Positions 1 to 8,911 of a stretch of DNA of 64,000 bases are shown here, one piece after another. Where the stretch lies: IMG/VR virus record IMGVR_UViG_3300005805_000083, positions 2,921-66,920 of that record; one strand, written 5' to 3'. This DNA is from a virus (Duplodnaviria; Caudoviricetes). The notes beneath the pieces are model-generated. The model saw only the letters and a list, made by a program, of their open reading frames with translations. It had not been told where the DNA came from and did no database searches. Position numbers and translations under genes: made by a program. Each line of letters opens with the position of its first letter. Position 1 is the stretch's first letter.

Positions 1-2
1 GT

Positions 3-2831
3 TTCTTTTTTCCCACTTTTCATGGCTGCGCCTTCAAGAAGAGCGGCTTGAACCATTATTTCGCCAGTAGTGCGTTCAAAAAAATCGCCAATAATTGCCT
101 GTGCGTTTTTCTTTGCCTGTTTCATTGCATAAAGCGGCGCATTTATTGCACCGACAATTGTTCCTATTGCTGCGCCAATAATCGCTCCCGTTGCGCCAAA
201 TTCGCTTCCGATTGCCGCTCCAGCGCCAGCGCCACCAAGCATTGCCAAACCAGAGTCTTCAGTGTTCAACGCAAACGTGCCGCCAGCCAAACCAAGACCC
301 AACTTTGGGCTGAACATTGCTGTCGTCGCCGCTAGGCCAAGGCCAGCGGCTATATCTTGGTTGCCGACTCGGTCCGAAAGATTTGCCAATCCCATCGATA
401 GTGCAAAACCGCCCATTCCGCCAAACGGCTTTCTTCCCTGGCGTGCGTCTGCATCTTGTTTTGCTGTGTGCATCGCGCCATAGCCGCCGACGCGTGCCAT
501 TCCGCGCGAAACTCGTGAGAACTGCTTTTTTGTTCCAGTCGCGATTCCCTTAACTCTTCCTGACCACGGTCCATACTTGGTTTTTGATGTTCCCGCAGCA
601 GGAACCACTGCTGGTGTTCCTGGCGCACCTGGCATTGGCGAGGTGGGGCCAGCAGGCATGGTTGGTGTTGGAAGCGGCATGGTTGGGATTCCACCACCAG
701 CACCTGGCGCCCCACCAGACCTAAGGGAACGAAGAGACGCTGATGCTTTGCCAAGAGCCTGATTAAAGGATGCTAAACCCTTTGTCGCTCTGGTTGAAGA
801 TGTTCCAAGGTTTTGGACAGAAGTGGAAGTTGCCCCACTCGACCTAAGTGCTGCCGTTGCTGCTGGTGTTGCAGCGGCTGCGGTTCCAGTCGCTGCTGCG
901 GCGGCACTCGCGCCAGCCTTCGCCAGTCCGACTTTGCCCAAAAGGCTCTTGATACTGAGAACCCTGGAAGCAGTTCCTCCAGTATTTTGCCACCACTCTT
1001 TTGCCTTCGGGCCAAGGATGCCGCTGTTCGCTACTCCGCCTATCACGGCACCTGCTACCGCCCCCTTGGGTCCAGCAAATTTGCCGACTTTGTACCCGTC
1101 GTATGCACCCTTCAATGCGCCCATAATGCTGACATTTTTGGCATTAACGTTCATGTTGCTGACTTCGCGCTGGACAAGCGTGCCACGGGTTGTCTTGAGC
1201 GCTCTAGAAATTGCAAATAGCGCCATTGTCGCGCCGCGTTCACCAAACATCTTTTGCAAGAATCCAAAAATGGACGAGAACTGCTCAACCATGTTGCCGA
1301 TTGCTCTGACAACCTTGCTAATAAATGGGAGATTGTTAACTATGACCTTTTGGAACATGTTGAGCATTTGCAGAAGTTTGGAGACGGTGGTTCCAAGTGT
1401 CTCCCCGAATTCCTGAAACGCTGGCGCATTTCTCTGAACGCTCTTGTTGAATTCTTGCGAATTATTTTTGATTTCATTCCATATTGGGCGCCAGGCCTTG
1501 CCAAAACTTGATTCAATTACTCTTGCGCCATCGATGAACGGTCTTAAACCGTCAGCGATTTCATTCCAACCTCGCTTAAATCTGTCCCACCACTCACCCA
1601 TTCTCTTGAACATTCCCTCTGATTTGGGGAGGTATTCCCTGATGAGTTTTAGATAGAAGTTGGACATTTTTTCTGCGGCGTTTACTATTGCGTTTACGAA
1701 TCCACCACGCTTTTCCCAGCCAGCAATTGCTCCGCTTGTCTGGCGCATCGTTCTTGTGAATATTTCATATATTCTTTGCAGGCCGTATTTGGCCTCTGGC
1801 AAGAATTGTTGGCCGAAGTCAGCAAATTGAACCTTGATTAGATTGAAGTACTTCTTGAGTTGCCCAACAAGCGTGTTGTTGACGGCATCCATTTGTCCAG
1901 TGACACCGCCAAGTTGGGCAAGTGTCCCATCTTGCAGTGCCTTCAGGAATTCATCGCGTGTATCAATTCCCTTTTTCTTTGCTTCCTCCATGGCTTTTTC
2001 CATGGCGGGTCCCATTTCTTTTGCTGCTGCAGTAATCGCGCCAAACCCTTTTTTCTTATCTTGCAAAACATTGACCAATGCTGCTGCTTTACTCAGTCCT
2101 TCTTCAAGCGGTTGTCCTGCGGCAGCAAAGTCACCAAGACCTTTGAGGAGTGTCTTGCTTTGGCCAGTGAATCCAATTTTTGACTTGGCAATTTCCGCAT
2201 ATGCCTTGTTGAGTGCTTCTGCGCCAGCGCCAGCAAGTTGCGTGTCTGCATGCAGGCTTCGCATGTTCACCTGGGCCTGTCTCAGTCCGCTACCAAACTC
2301 TTTATTGCCCTTGCCAGCGTAAGCAAACTGGGCGGCCTGCTGCTCTCTCATTGCTGCGGCCAAAAGACCCATCGCCACCGTTGCGCCAGCGGCCGCACCA
2401 GCAAGACCCTTCAGGGCAACGTGGTAGGACTTCACCAAGAACCTTCCAGCGACAAACAAAGCGTGTATGCCGACGAGGGCAACGCTCATGCCGCCAACTG
2501 CCATTGTGGCTAATTTGAAAGCGCCAACAAGCATTTTTTGCAACATTCCGCCAAGGGTTCGCATGGTCTTGTGGACCTTGAACATGACGCGTTGGTATTC
2601 CATGCCGCCTTTGCCAGCGCGGTCTAATGCTTTGTCTGCAACGGTTGCTGCGCCAGCAAGTCCAAGAAGGTCTTTGCTGGTTGACCTGGTTGCCTTGCTG
2701 AGTACCTTTAGTTTTCCAGCGGACTTTAACGCATGGTCGCCAAGTTCATCGACTCTTTCGGTCGACCGCGTAGGACCCTCATCACGAGTCGTCCTTACGT
2801 TAAGAACTATGTTTCTTACTGCGTCACTCAT
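3..2831 (-). CDS. Tape measure protein (partial; runs off the window's left edge)
   Basis: Not in the ORF track because no stop lies in the window. ATG at 2831 (MSDAVRNIVLNVRTTRDEG...) with SD AGGA. The frame was open wherever checked (2831-2400, ~560-480, 80-3), and the + strand shadow ORFs are all in the matching frame. Ala/Gly-rich amphipathic sequence directly downstream of the tail chaperones. Confidence 0.85.
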   Translation of the reverse strand, partial: MSDAVRNIVLNVRTTRDEGPTRSTERVDELGDHALKSAGKLKVLSKATRSTSKDLLGLAGAATVADKALDRAGKGGMEYQRVMFKVHKTMRTLGGMLQKMLVGAFKLATMAVGGMSVALVGIHALFVAGRFLVKSYHVALKGLAGAAAGATVAMGLLAAAMREQQAAQFAYAGKGNKEFGSGLRQAQVNMRSLHADTQLAGAGAEALNKAYAEIAKSKIGFTGQSKTLLKGLGDFAAAGQPLEEGLSKAAALVNVLQDKKKGFGAITAAAKEMGPAMEKAMEEAKKKGIDTRDEFLKALQDGTLAQLGGVTGQMDAVNNTLVGQLKKYFNLIKVQFADFGQQFLPEAKYGLQRIYEIFTRTMRQTSGAIAGWEKRGGFVNAIVNAAEKMSNFYLKLIREYLPKSEGMFKRMGEWWDRFKRGWNEIADGLRPFIDGARVIESSFGKAWRPIWNEIKNNSQEFNKSVQRNAPAFQEFGETLGTTVSKLLQMLNMFQKVIVNNLPFISKVVRAIGNMVEQFSSIFGFLQKMFGERGATMALFAISRALKTTRGTLVQREVSNMNVNAKNVSIMGALKGAYDGYKVGKFAGPKGAVAGAVIGGVANSGILGPKAKEWWQNTGGTASRVLSIKSLLGKVGLAKAGASAAAAATGTAAAATPAATAALRSSGATSTSVQNLGTSSTRATKGLASFNQALGKASASLRSLRSGGAPGAGGGIPTMPLPTPTMPAGPTSPMPGAPGTPAVVPAAGTSKTKYGPWSGRVKGIATGTKKQFSRVSRGMARVGGYGAMHTAKQDADARQGRKPFGGMGGFALSMGLANLSDRVGNQDIAAGLGLAATTAMFSPKLGLGLAGGTFALNTEDSGLAMLGGAGAGAAIGSEFGATGAIIGAAIGTIVGAINAPLYAMKQAKKNAQAIIGDFFERTTGEIMVQAALLEGAAMKSGKKE

Positions 2832-2884
2832 TTGTCCTGGCCGAAATTAAAGGGTTTCTTTAATGACTCGGGCTGAGGGGAGTG

Positions 2885-3091
2885 CTACCGATTCTTTTCC
2901 AGTTCGCGCCGTTCTCGCTCGCGGTCTTGCTCTACCACTTTAGCACAGGCCATGAGGATGACCCATTCAATCTCTGTGCAATTCATGAGTTCGAGCGGAT
3001 TTGTGCCCCACAGTTCGCCAAGTCGTGCGGCGTTGACAATGAGGGAATCTTCGATTAGTTCGTCGAAGATTCCTTCGTAGGGTCCTCGGTG
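2885..3091 (-). CDS. Tail assembly chaperone 'T' extension (-1 frame, no own start; expressed as G-T fusion)
   Basis: The -1 frame is open from a TGA at 3092-3094 to a TAG at 2885 (...YEGIFDELIEDSLIVNAARLGELWGTNPLELMNCTEIEWVILMACAKVVEQDRERERRELEKNR*). It overlaps the 3' end of chaperone G and lies between G and the tape measure gene. Confidence 0.75.
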   Translation of the reverse strand, partial: HRGPYEGIFDELIEDSLIVNAARLGELWGTNPLELMNCTEIEWVILMACAKVVEQDRERERRELEKNR

Positions 3092-3597
3092 TCAACCGTG
3101 TCTGAATAACCAGCCGCCTCCAGAATTGCCACTGCAGCAGACTCGACATGTGGGTCGACGCCGAAAAAGGCGCGCACGCAGTCAGGCTGCGGTCTGGTGG
3201 TTTCGGTCATTTCAAGAATGAGGTCAGACGCAAAAGTCAATTCATTGCCGTCCGCATCGCGAACTTCCTGGTCCTCGAACAGCATTCCGCGTGTCGTGTG
3301 GCCGACAACGAGACAGGCAAATCGCAACGCGTCCATGCCGTTTTTGGTGTCTTCGCCAGCGCTCTTTCGCCACGAACGAATTTGATTCTGCGTGATGTTT
3401 GGACTGATAATCAGTTTCACGTGTGGTCGTTCTGGAACCGTCAAATGCACGACAGGGCGCTCAATCTTGCGTTTCACCGCTGCAGTCAATTGGTCAAGCA
3501 GCGTAAGTTCGCCACCCTTCTTTTCGACGAGAGGCTTTTCTTTCTTCTCTGTCTTTTTTGGTTCGTCTGGACTGGTGTAAAGTTCGTTGTTGCTCAT
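3055..3597 (-). CDS. Tail assembly chaperone G
   Basis: Lies between tail tube and tape measure and ends EDPTKESSTN*. ATG 3597 preferred because TAGGTT sits 6 nt upstream (leaderless). Confidence 0.75.
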   Translation of the reverse strand: MSNNELYTSPDEPKKTEKKEKPLVEKKGGELTLLDQLTAAVKRKIERPVVHLTVPERPHVKLIISPNITQNQIRSWRKSAGEDTKNGMDALRFACLVVGHTTRGMLFEDQEVRDADGNELTFASDLILEMTETTRPQPDCVRAFFGVDPHVESAAVAILEAAGYSDTVDTEDPTKESSTN

Positions 3598-3649
3598 GGG
3601 CAAAACCTATCACACAACCAAACCATCAGTTGTAAATTATTGAAGTAAT

Positions 3650-4123
3650 TTACTTGCTGGCGACCGTCGACACCGAGAAGGTGAGCGCAAACGTTGATGG
3701 CGCACCCGACGAAGAGTCTCCGTCTGGCTCGGTCAGACCCACAAGAAGGGCCTTCGAGTAGATGCGGTCAAGGCCTGGCTTCTTGAGGTCACAGTCATAG
3801 GTTTCGACCGTGATGTCGTAGTAGGCCTTGCCGACGTACTCGCGCAACTTGGCGACCTTTGCTGCCAATCCAGTCGCGCCGTCAGAGGCAACTCTGTCGT
3901 CATCGTAGTGGGCGGTCAGCGTGATGTCACCAATGTCGAACGGCGCGCAAAGAACAGTTGGTGATGCCTTTCCGCCCTCGTAAATCTTTTCCACCGAGGC
4001 GGTGATTTCTCCACCCGACACCTGCGCAAACAAGAAAGTCTCAAACTTGGGCAGGTCCGTAATTTGCTGCTCGCCGTGTGGCGCAACTTTTGCAAGAACT
4101 TGCCTCTGTGATACTTTTGCCAT
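3650..4123 (-). CDS. Tail tube protein
   Basis: 157 aa directly after the sheath; strong SD GGAGG; GC3-biased codons; beta-rich tube-like sequence. Confidence 0.8.
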   Translation of the reverse strand: MAKVSQRQVLAKVAPHGEQQITDLPKFETFLFAQVSGGEITASVEKIYEGGKASPTVLCAPFDIGDITLTAHYDDDRVASDGATGLAAKVAKLREYVGKAYYDITVETYDCDLKKPGLDRIYSKALLVGLTEPDGDSSSGAPSTFALTFSVSTVASK

Positions 4124-4140
4124 GATTTATCCTCCGTGTA

Positions 4141-5619
4141 TTAGACGACCGACTTGGTCAGGTTCGACTTGATGATGTCGACTTCAATCTTGTCACCGAC
4201 GCTCGACACTCGGACGCCGACGCGAGCCTTGACAAGGCCATCAGCCAACTGTGACGTTGGGTTGATTGACGCATCGCACTTGACCGAGTATCCGAAGTCA
4301 ACTCTCTTGCCGTTTGCATCAAACGCTTCGAACAAAGCGCCGTTAGCGCGCAGTGGCTCGAGAATTGCAAACAACTTCGACTCGACTGCAGCAAACACGG
4401 TGTTGCGGCCATCGATGACGCTGAAGATGAGGTCTTCAAGCGAACGATTGGCATCCACAACAACCTTGTTCACAACGTCTTGTGCAGTGATGTAACGGAA
4501 GTTAGTGGTGTCTGGCGACAGTGAACGCGCGCCATAAACACGAATCGTATTGTTGATGATTCTGATTGCGTTGACGTACGCTTCATCAAGCGCATCGCCA
4601 TTTGACTTGTCGATGTCGGCGGCAACTCCGTTCACAAACGATGCAACTGAAATCAAACCAGCGCCTGGCTTGTGTGGGCCAACCTGCGTATGGGCAACTG
4701 CTCTTTTTGCTGCAGCATAAGCCACTGGTGGGATAAGTCTATTGACACCAGAAACGCTCGTTGGAACATACACCCATGGGTAGAAATAGGCAACATGCTC
4801 GGCGTGGACATCTGCCGCAGACAAAGTTTGTCCAGCAGTTTTTGCTTCCGCAATCGAGTCGTCGAATGCGCCATTAAGGAAAGCAATTCTGCTGTATGCG
4901 TTCGCATGATTTGCAAGGCCAGTTTGAACAGTTGTGTTTGACGATTCTGGGCACATAACAACACCAGCGCCAAAAGACTCAAGGAAGAGTTCAAGGCCAG
5001 TAACGTAGTTTGCCGCAGTGACTGTCTCTTCGTTGTCGTCGCCAGCGCTGAGCGCAGTGGCGGCAGAGTTTTCTGGCAGTGGTGAACCAGTTGCCTGCAG
5101 GTCGGCTGCGGTGACAACCTTCGACGCAGATGGGCTTGAGTTGATACGACCAACTGCCTGTGCAACAGACGAGCAGTTGCCCGTGCTGTAGAGCAAGGTT
5201 CCGTCGTCGTAAATTTTCACGATGAACGTACCAGTTGCAGTTCCTGGGTTAATTGTCTCAACGGTTATATCGCTGCTCCATGCGCCAGGACCGTTCGCGG
5301 TAATCGACATCACGTTGTCGCCACCGACTCCGCCTTCGTTCAATACGATAGTGCCAGTCGACGCGGAAGCGCCAGCGACTCTTGCAATGTACGCTCTTGT
5401 TCCGCCTTCTTCAAAGAAGGTTTGAACAGATGGGTGCAAATACGAATACGAGGCATACCCGCCATAAATCGCCTCAAATTCGGCAAGACTCGTCACCAAT
5501 TTTGCTTCGCCAATCGGTCCACGAGCGGCCTTGCCGACGAAGAATGCTTGCGACGTTTCAACTGCCGTTGCGGCATTTGGTCCAACTCTTACTGCTGTTT
5601 GTATGCTTACGCCTGGCAT
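4141..5619 (-). CDS. Tail sheath protein (contractile tail)
   Basis: MPGVSI...GP..EAKLVTSLAEFEAIYGG N-terminus; YFYPW, VNAIR...GARSL...RYI C-terminal sheath motifs. Confidence 0.92.
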   Translation of the reverse strand: MPGVSIQTAVRVGPNAATAVETSQAFFVGKAARGPIGEAKLVTSLAEFEAIYGGYASYSYLHPSVQTFFEEGGTRAYIARVAGASASTGTIVLNEGGVGGDNVMSITANGPGAWSSDITVETINPGTATGTFIVKIYDDGTLLYSTGNCSSVAQAVGRINSSPSASKVVTAADLQATGSPLPENSAATALSAGDDNEETVTAANYVTGLELFLESFGAGVVMCPESSNTTVQTGLANHANAYSRIAFLNGAFDDSIAEAKTAGQTLSAADVHAEHVAYFYPWVYVPTSVSGVNRLIPPVAYAAAKRAVAHTQVGPHKPGAGLISVASFVNGVAADIDKSNGDALDEAYVNAIRIINNTIRVYGARSLSPDTTNFRYITAQDVVNKVVVDANRSLEDLIFSVIDGRNTVFAAVESKLFAILEPLRANGALFEAFDANGKRVDFGYSVKCDASINPTSQLADGLVKARVGVRVSSVGDKIEVDIIKSNLTKSVV

Positions 5620-5664
5620 GACACCTTCCTCGCTATTGAGAGATTACGCGTATTCAATTTCTTC

Positions 5665-6003
5665 CTATTGTACAGACTCTGCGTCTTGTGTAGATGCAAC
5701 TGTCTGTTCTTGTTCGATAACTTCTGCTTGTGCTGGCTCTGGGGACGGATTTGCCGCCCTGTTTCGCTGCTTTGGCTGATGTTGTTTCGAAACCTGATAA
5801 ACAACTACAAGTTTTCCACTGTCAATTCCAGCGGCACAAATTTTGCATGAACCATCTATTCCTGCGACAGAGTTATGCGGAAGAATTCTGCCGTCTTCGT
5901 CAACCTCGAATGGTCCGCCAGAAACGTTTTTGACGACAATTCCAGGCGCGACAACAGACGAATATTCTTCTTTATTTTTCAGGATTTTGAACAAGTGGGC
6001 CAT
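5665..6003 (-). CDS. Hypothetical protein
   Basis: 112-aa ORF with SD GGAG in the tail operon. Confidence 0.6.
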   Translation of the reverse strand: MAHLFKILKNKEEYSSVVAPGIVVKNVSGGPFEVDEDGRILPHNSVAGIDGSCKICAAGIDSGKLVVVYQVSKQHQPKQRNRAANPSPEPAQAEVIEQEQTVASTQDAESVQ

Positions 6004-6052
6004 GCGAACAATTCTCCTTCGTAAGGCGTTATAAATTGTACTTCATAAACGA

Positions 6053-6688
6053 CTAATCAATCGTATGTGTTTCCGTCCAGGTGCTGGAAGAAAGGTCTGA
6101 GTCAGTCACGCCCTGCTGTGAAACTGAAAACTCAATTTCTTGAATTTCCCCAATGTCTTGACGGGTCACGACCTCATTTATTCCCAAGTCATACCCGACG
6201 TAGGCGCCGCAAAGCACCCTGTCGCCCTTTAGCAAAGTTATTTCAGAAAACTCTTCCCTCATGCTGTTTTCGTCAATCATTACCTGAAATGATTGACGAG
6301 GGTCAACCGCCTGCAAACACGGGTAATCAAGAAGCGCAGAGCGAACGACTGCCGTAAGTCTGTCTCTGGCAATTGTTGCCTCATCTGGGCCAATCGCTCT
6401 GCACCACACATATGTTCTCATTGCGTAATTGACTCGATATAGCGGGTCTGGGCCGTCAAAACCCATTCTGTCAAAACGAGTTGTCGATATCGCAACTGTG
6501 ATTATTGTCGGCCAAGCATCAAGAGCAAGCGGTTCGTATGTAAAGAATTTTTCTGGCATTGGCAATTCAGTGCTAGAAATGTCCCATCCGTTTCTGTAGC
6601 GCACAATTCTTTTTGGCAAATCGTTTTGCAAATATGTAGACACATAGTCTTTTGCAAAATGCGGGCCGTGCATCAGGTAATTCGGCAC
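6053..6688 (-). CDS. Putative tail terminator / neck protein
   Basis: 211 aa; position upstream of the sheath in the neck module. Confidence 0.5.
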   Translation of the reverse strand: MPNYLMHGPHFAKDYVSTYLQNDLPKRIVRYRNGWDISSTELPMPEKFFTYEPLALDAWPTIITVAISTTRFDRMGFDGPDPLYRVNYAMRTYVWCRAIGPDEATIARDRLTAVVRSALLDYPCLQAVDPRQSFQVMIDENSMREEFSEITLLKGDRVLCGAYVGYDLGINEVVTRQDIGEIQEIEFSVSQQGVTDSDLSSSTWTETHTID

Positions 6689-6690
6689 AA

Positions 6691-7161
6691 CTACTCAATC
6701 CCCTCAACAATATATTTGACCACTTCTTCTGCTGCTTCATCAATCCATCTTTCTGGCGCAAACAGAATTGGACGTGCTGGCATTTTTTCTGTTCCGTATT
6801 GATGAAACCGTGCCACCCGTCCACCAAACGTGAATCGGGCACCTCGCATCAGGCCTTCAAGTTTTGGACCTTTGGCAACTTGCTGAAAAAGTTTTCCGCT
6901 CTGCACAAGAATAGGAGCACCTGGAAAATTCTGAACTTTCCAAGACCCATACTCTGCGTCAAGGGGCTTCCAACCACCAGATGGCAGGCCCTGGGCGGTG
7001 AAGTTAGCAATCATGTATGCCTTGAGACTTTGGTGAAGTCGAGGCCAAACAGGGCGTAAATCCTTCATCCTTTTCTTTACGTCGTCGAGGTACTCTGATG
7101 CATCTTCGTCGCCATCCAAATCGACCTCAACTTGAACATTTAATTCGTGTGGGGTTGCCAT
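6691..7161 (-). CDS. Virion morphogenesis / tail completion protein (Mu gpG / HK97 gp10-like)
   Basis: GWKPL...ILVQSGKL and RFHQYGTEKMPARPIL motifs typical of this family. Confidence 0.75.
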   Translation of the reverse strand: MATPHELNVQVEVDLDGDEDASEYLDDVKKRMKDLRPVWPRLHQSLKAYMIANFTAQGLPSGGWKPLDAEYGSWKVQNFPGAPILVQSGKLFQQVAKGPKLEGLMRGARFTFGGRVARFHQYGTEKMPARPILFAPERWIDEAAEEVVKYIVEGIE

Positions 7162-8039
7162 TACGCAATTCTTCTTCTGCTGTACTTCTTTATTTGCGCA
7201 AGTTCTGTTTCCAAAAACCCAGTTTCCGTTACGGCGACACCTCTTGGATTTAAGTCTTTTACACCGACAACATCATCATGCATATTCTGCATTTCGCGTG
7301 TTGCTGCACGCAAAATCATCAATTTAAACATCTTTATGTTGTCACCGTCTAGACCACCCCTGTAGGTGACCCTGATGATGTCGTTGGCAAATCCAGTGTA
7401 AATATCCAAACCGTAGCGCCTGACCGTGTATTCGCTTCCATTGGCTGTTGCTGAACCACCAGATACATATGTTCCAGTAACCCCAGAATTCGCGACAGTA
7501 AAAGTCGTTGGGGTTACGCCAGTAATTATTTTTGCGTTGAGGTTAAATGTCGTTGGATTGCAGTTGATTACTGTAACTGTTTGCCCAAGCGTGAACCCAT
7601 GGCCGCTAGCCGTATACGTTGCTGTCCCAGAAGAAACTGTTGCGGCAGTTATGTTTGCAATTCTTTTGACTGCTTCGCCAAGAATTTTGTTTGTTATGGT
7701 CGGCCCATCCATTTCCACTTTTGATACCGAAACAATCGGAGTGTTGCGGAGGTAAATGGTGCTCGGTGGCGCAGCATAAGTTATTACGCCATTTGGGTCC
7801 GAATCACCAAGACCAAGACCCTGGTTGTAGAAGTATGAACCCATCGGAACGTTGACATGATTTGCCTCAAGAATGTGGGTCTCATCAACAAACTCGGTCA
7901 CTTCCACTGGCCTACCAAGGTATGTTTCCATCTCGCTTTGTAGGCCCTGCAGTATGATTTCCGCAGCATCCTGCTGACGCAGAGACAGACTGATGTCCAT
8001 GTATGTGGTGAGGTCAGAAAGCGTTACAAGCATTACCAA
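7161..8039 (-). CDS. Head-tail connector (gp6-like adaptor) with inserted beta-rich domain
   Basis: LVTLSDLTTYM...Q..METYLGR N-terminus; RNTPIVSV and VTYRGG...LMILRAA C-terminal adaptor motifs; Thr/Gly-rich insert. Confidence 0.7.
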   Translation of the reverse strand: MVMLVTLSDLTTYMDISLSLRQQDAAEIILQGLQSEMETYLGRPVEVTEFVDETHILEANHVNVPMGSYFYNQGLGLGDSDPNGVITYAAPPSTIYLRNTPIVSVSKVEMDGPTITNKILGEAVKRIANITAATVSSGTATYTASGHGFTLGQTVTVINCNPTTFNLNAKIITGVTPTTFTVANSGVTGTYVSGGSATANGSEYTVRRYGLDIYTGFANDIIRVTYRGGLDGDNIKMFKLMILRAATREMQNMHDDVVGVKDLNPRGVAVTETGFLETELAQIKKYSRRRIA

Positions 8040-8067
8040 ACCTCCGAGCGGTCAGAAACCGATTTAA

Positions 8068-8277
8068 TCAGCCACCTCGACGGCGCAGACGCCCAAGCAG
8101 ACCGCGCGCCAACTCCTGCGCTCTTTCGGTGGCTTGAGACAATCTTCTGCGCACGCGACCAGCACGGCCCTCATCCTCGTCGCCCTTTTGCTCCATTTCC
8201 TGGAAGCAATGAGTCATTCCGCGCATTTTGTTCATGTCAAGCGGGCTTCGCCCACCGAGGGTAAATCTTCTGTTCAT
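8068..8277 (-). CDS. Small basic hypothetical protein
   Basis: 69 aa, SD GAGGAG upstream, Arg-rich C-terminus. Confidence 0.5.
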   Translation of the reverse strand: MNRRFTLGGRSPLDMNKMRGMTHCFQEMEQKGDEDEGRAGRVRRRLSQATERAQELARGLLGRLRRRGG

Positions 8278-8360
8278 TTTGCGTGCTCCTCAATTTGAAA
8301 AACGCTCAACACTTGATAAAGCGCCTATCAAATTTTATCACTATGGGTGCAACGCTGGTG

Positions 8361-8906
8361 TTATCTATCTTTATTTGGCGGACGTTCTGCCTCAAAATTA
8401 TCCACAGCGCCTGCTGGGGCCTCGATGGGAACCCACGCTCTTGAATACTTATGCTCTGGAATATTTAATTTTTTAATCAGCGTTCCATCCAGCAAAAGTT
8501 CCAATTCATCATATTTCATTGACAGCAATGTGTCCATATCCTCTTCCGAATATTTATTGCTGTAGACGAGGTCTCTTACGACTTTCGCAAGTTTGTGTGC
8601 CACCAAATTGCCCCTACCCCTATTTAGTCTGACGTGCATCATCGACGCTTCAAGCGAGTCGCAATCCACCACCGCGCACGGAATCGTTTTGATTTTCGCT
8701 TTGAAATTTTCATTTTCTTTAACCAACATCCATCTGTGGTATCCGTCAATTATGGAGTTGTCGGTCTTGCGAATTACGATTGGGTAAATAAAGCCATACT
8801 CATTTAGTGAAGCAGAAAGAACCAATAGGTCTGGCCTAAGGATGTGATTACAGTGCCAAGACCCCTTTTTCAATGCGTCAACATCAATGTTCTCTACATT
8901 AAACAA
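8361..8906 (-). CDS. ibrB: ParB/Srx-like protein, IbrB/YbdM family
   Basis: SLNEYGFIYPIV...IIDGYHRW...HVRLNRGRG; directly downstream of the PAPS-reductase-like gene. Confidence 0.75.
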   Translation of the reverse strand: MFNVENIDVDALKKGSWHCNHILRPDLLVLSASLNEYGFIYPIVIRKTDNSIIDGYHRWMLVKENENFKAKIKTIPCAVVDCDSLEASMMHVRLNRGRGNLVAHKLAKVVRDLVYSNKYSEEDMDTLLSMKYDELELLLDGTLIKKLNIPEHKYSRAWVPIEAPAGAVDNFEAERPPNKDR

Positions 8907-8911
8907 TTTGA

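Noticed and set aside
48-2850. Numerous + strand ORFs and the 350-754 (-) ORF
   Set aside because: Antisense or alternate-frame shadows of the tape measure gene; no independent signals.
2967-3149. 60-aa ORF overlapping the chaperone end
   Set aside because: Wrong (+1) frame; the -1 frame gives the plausible T protein.
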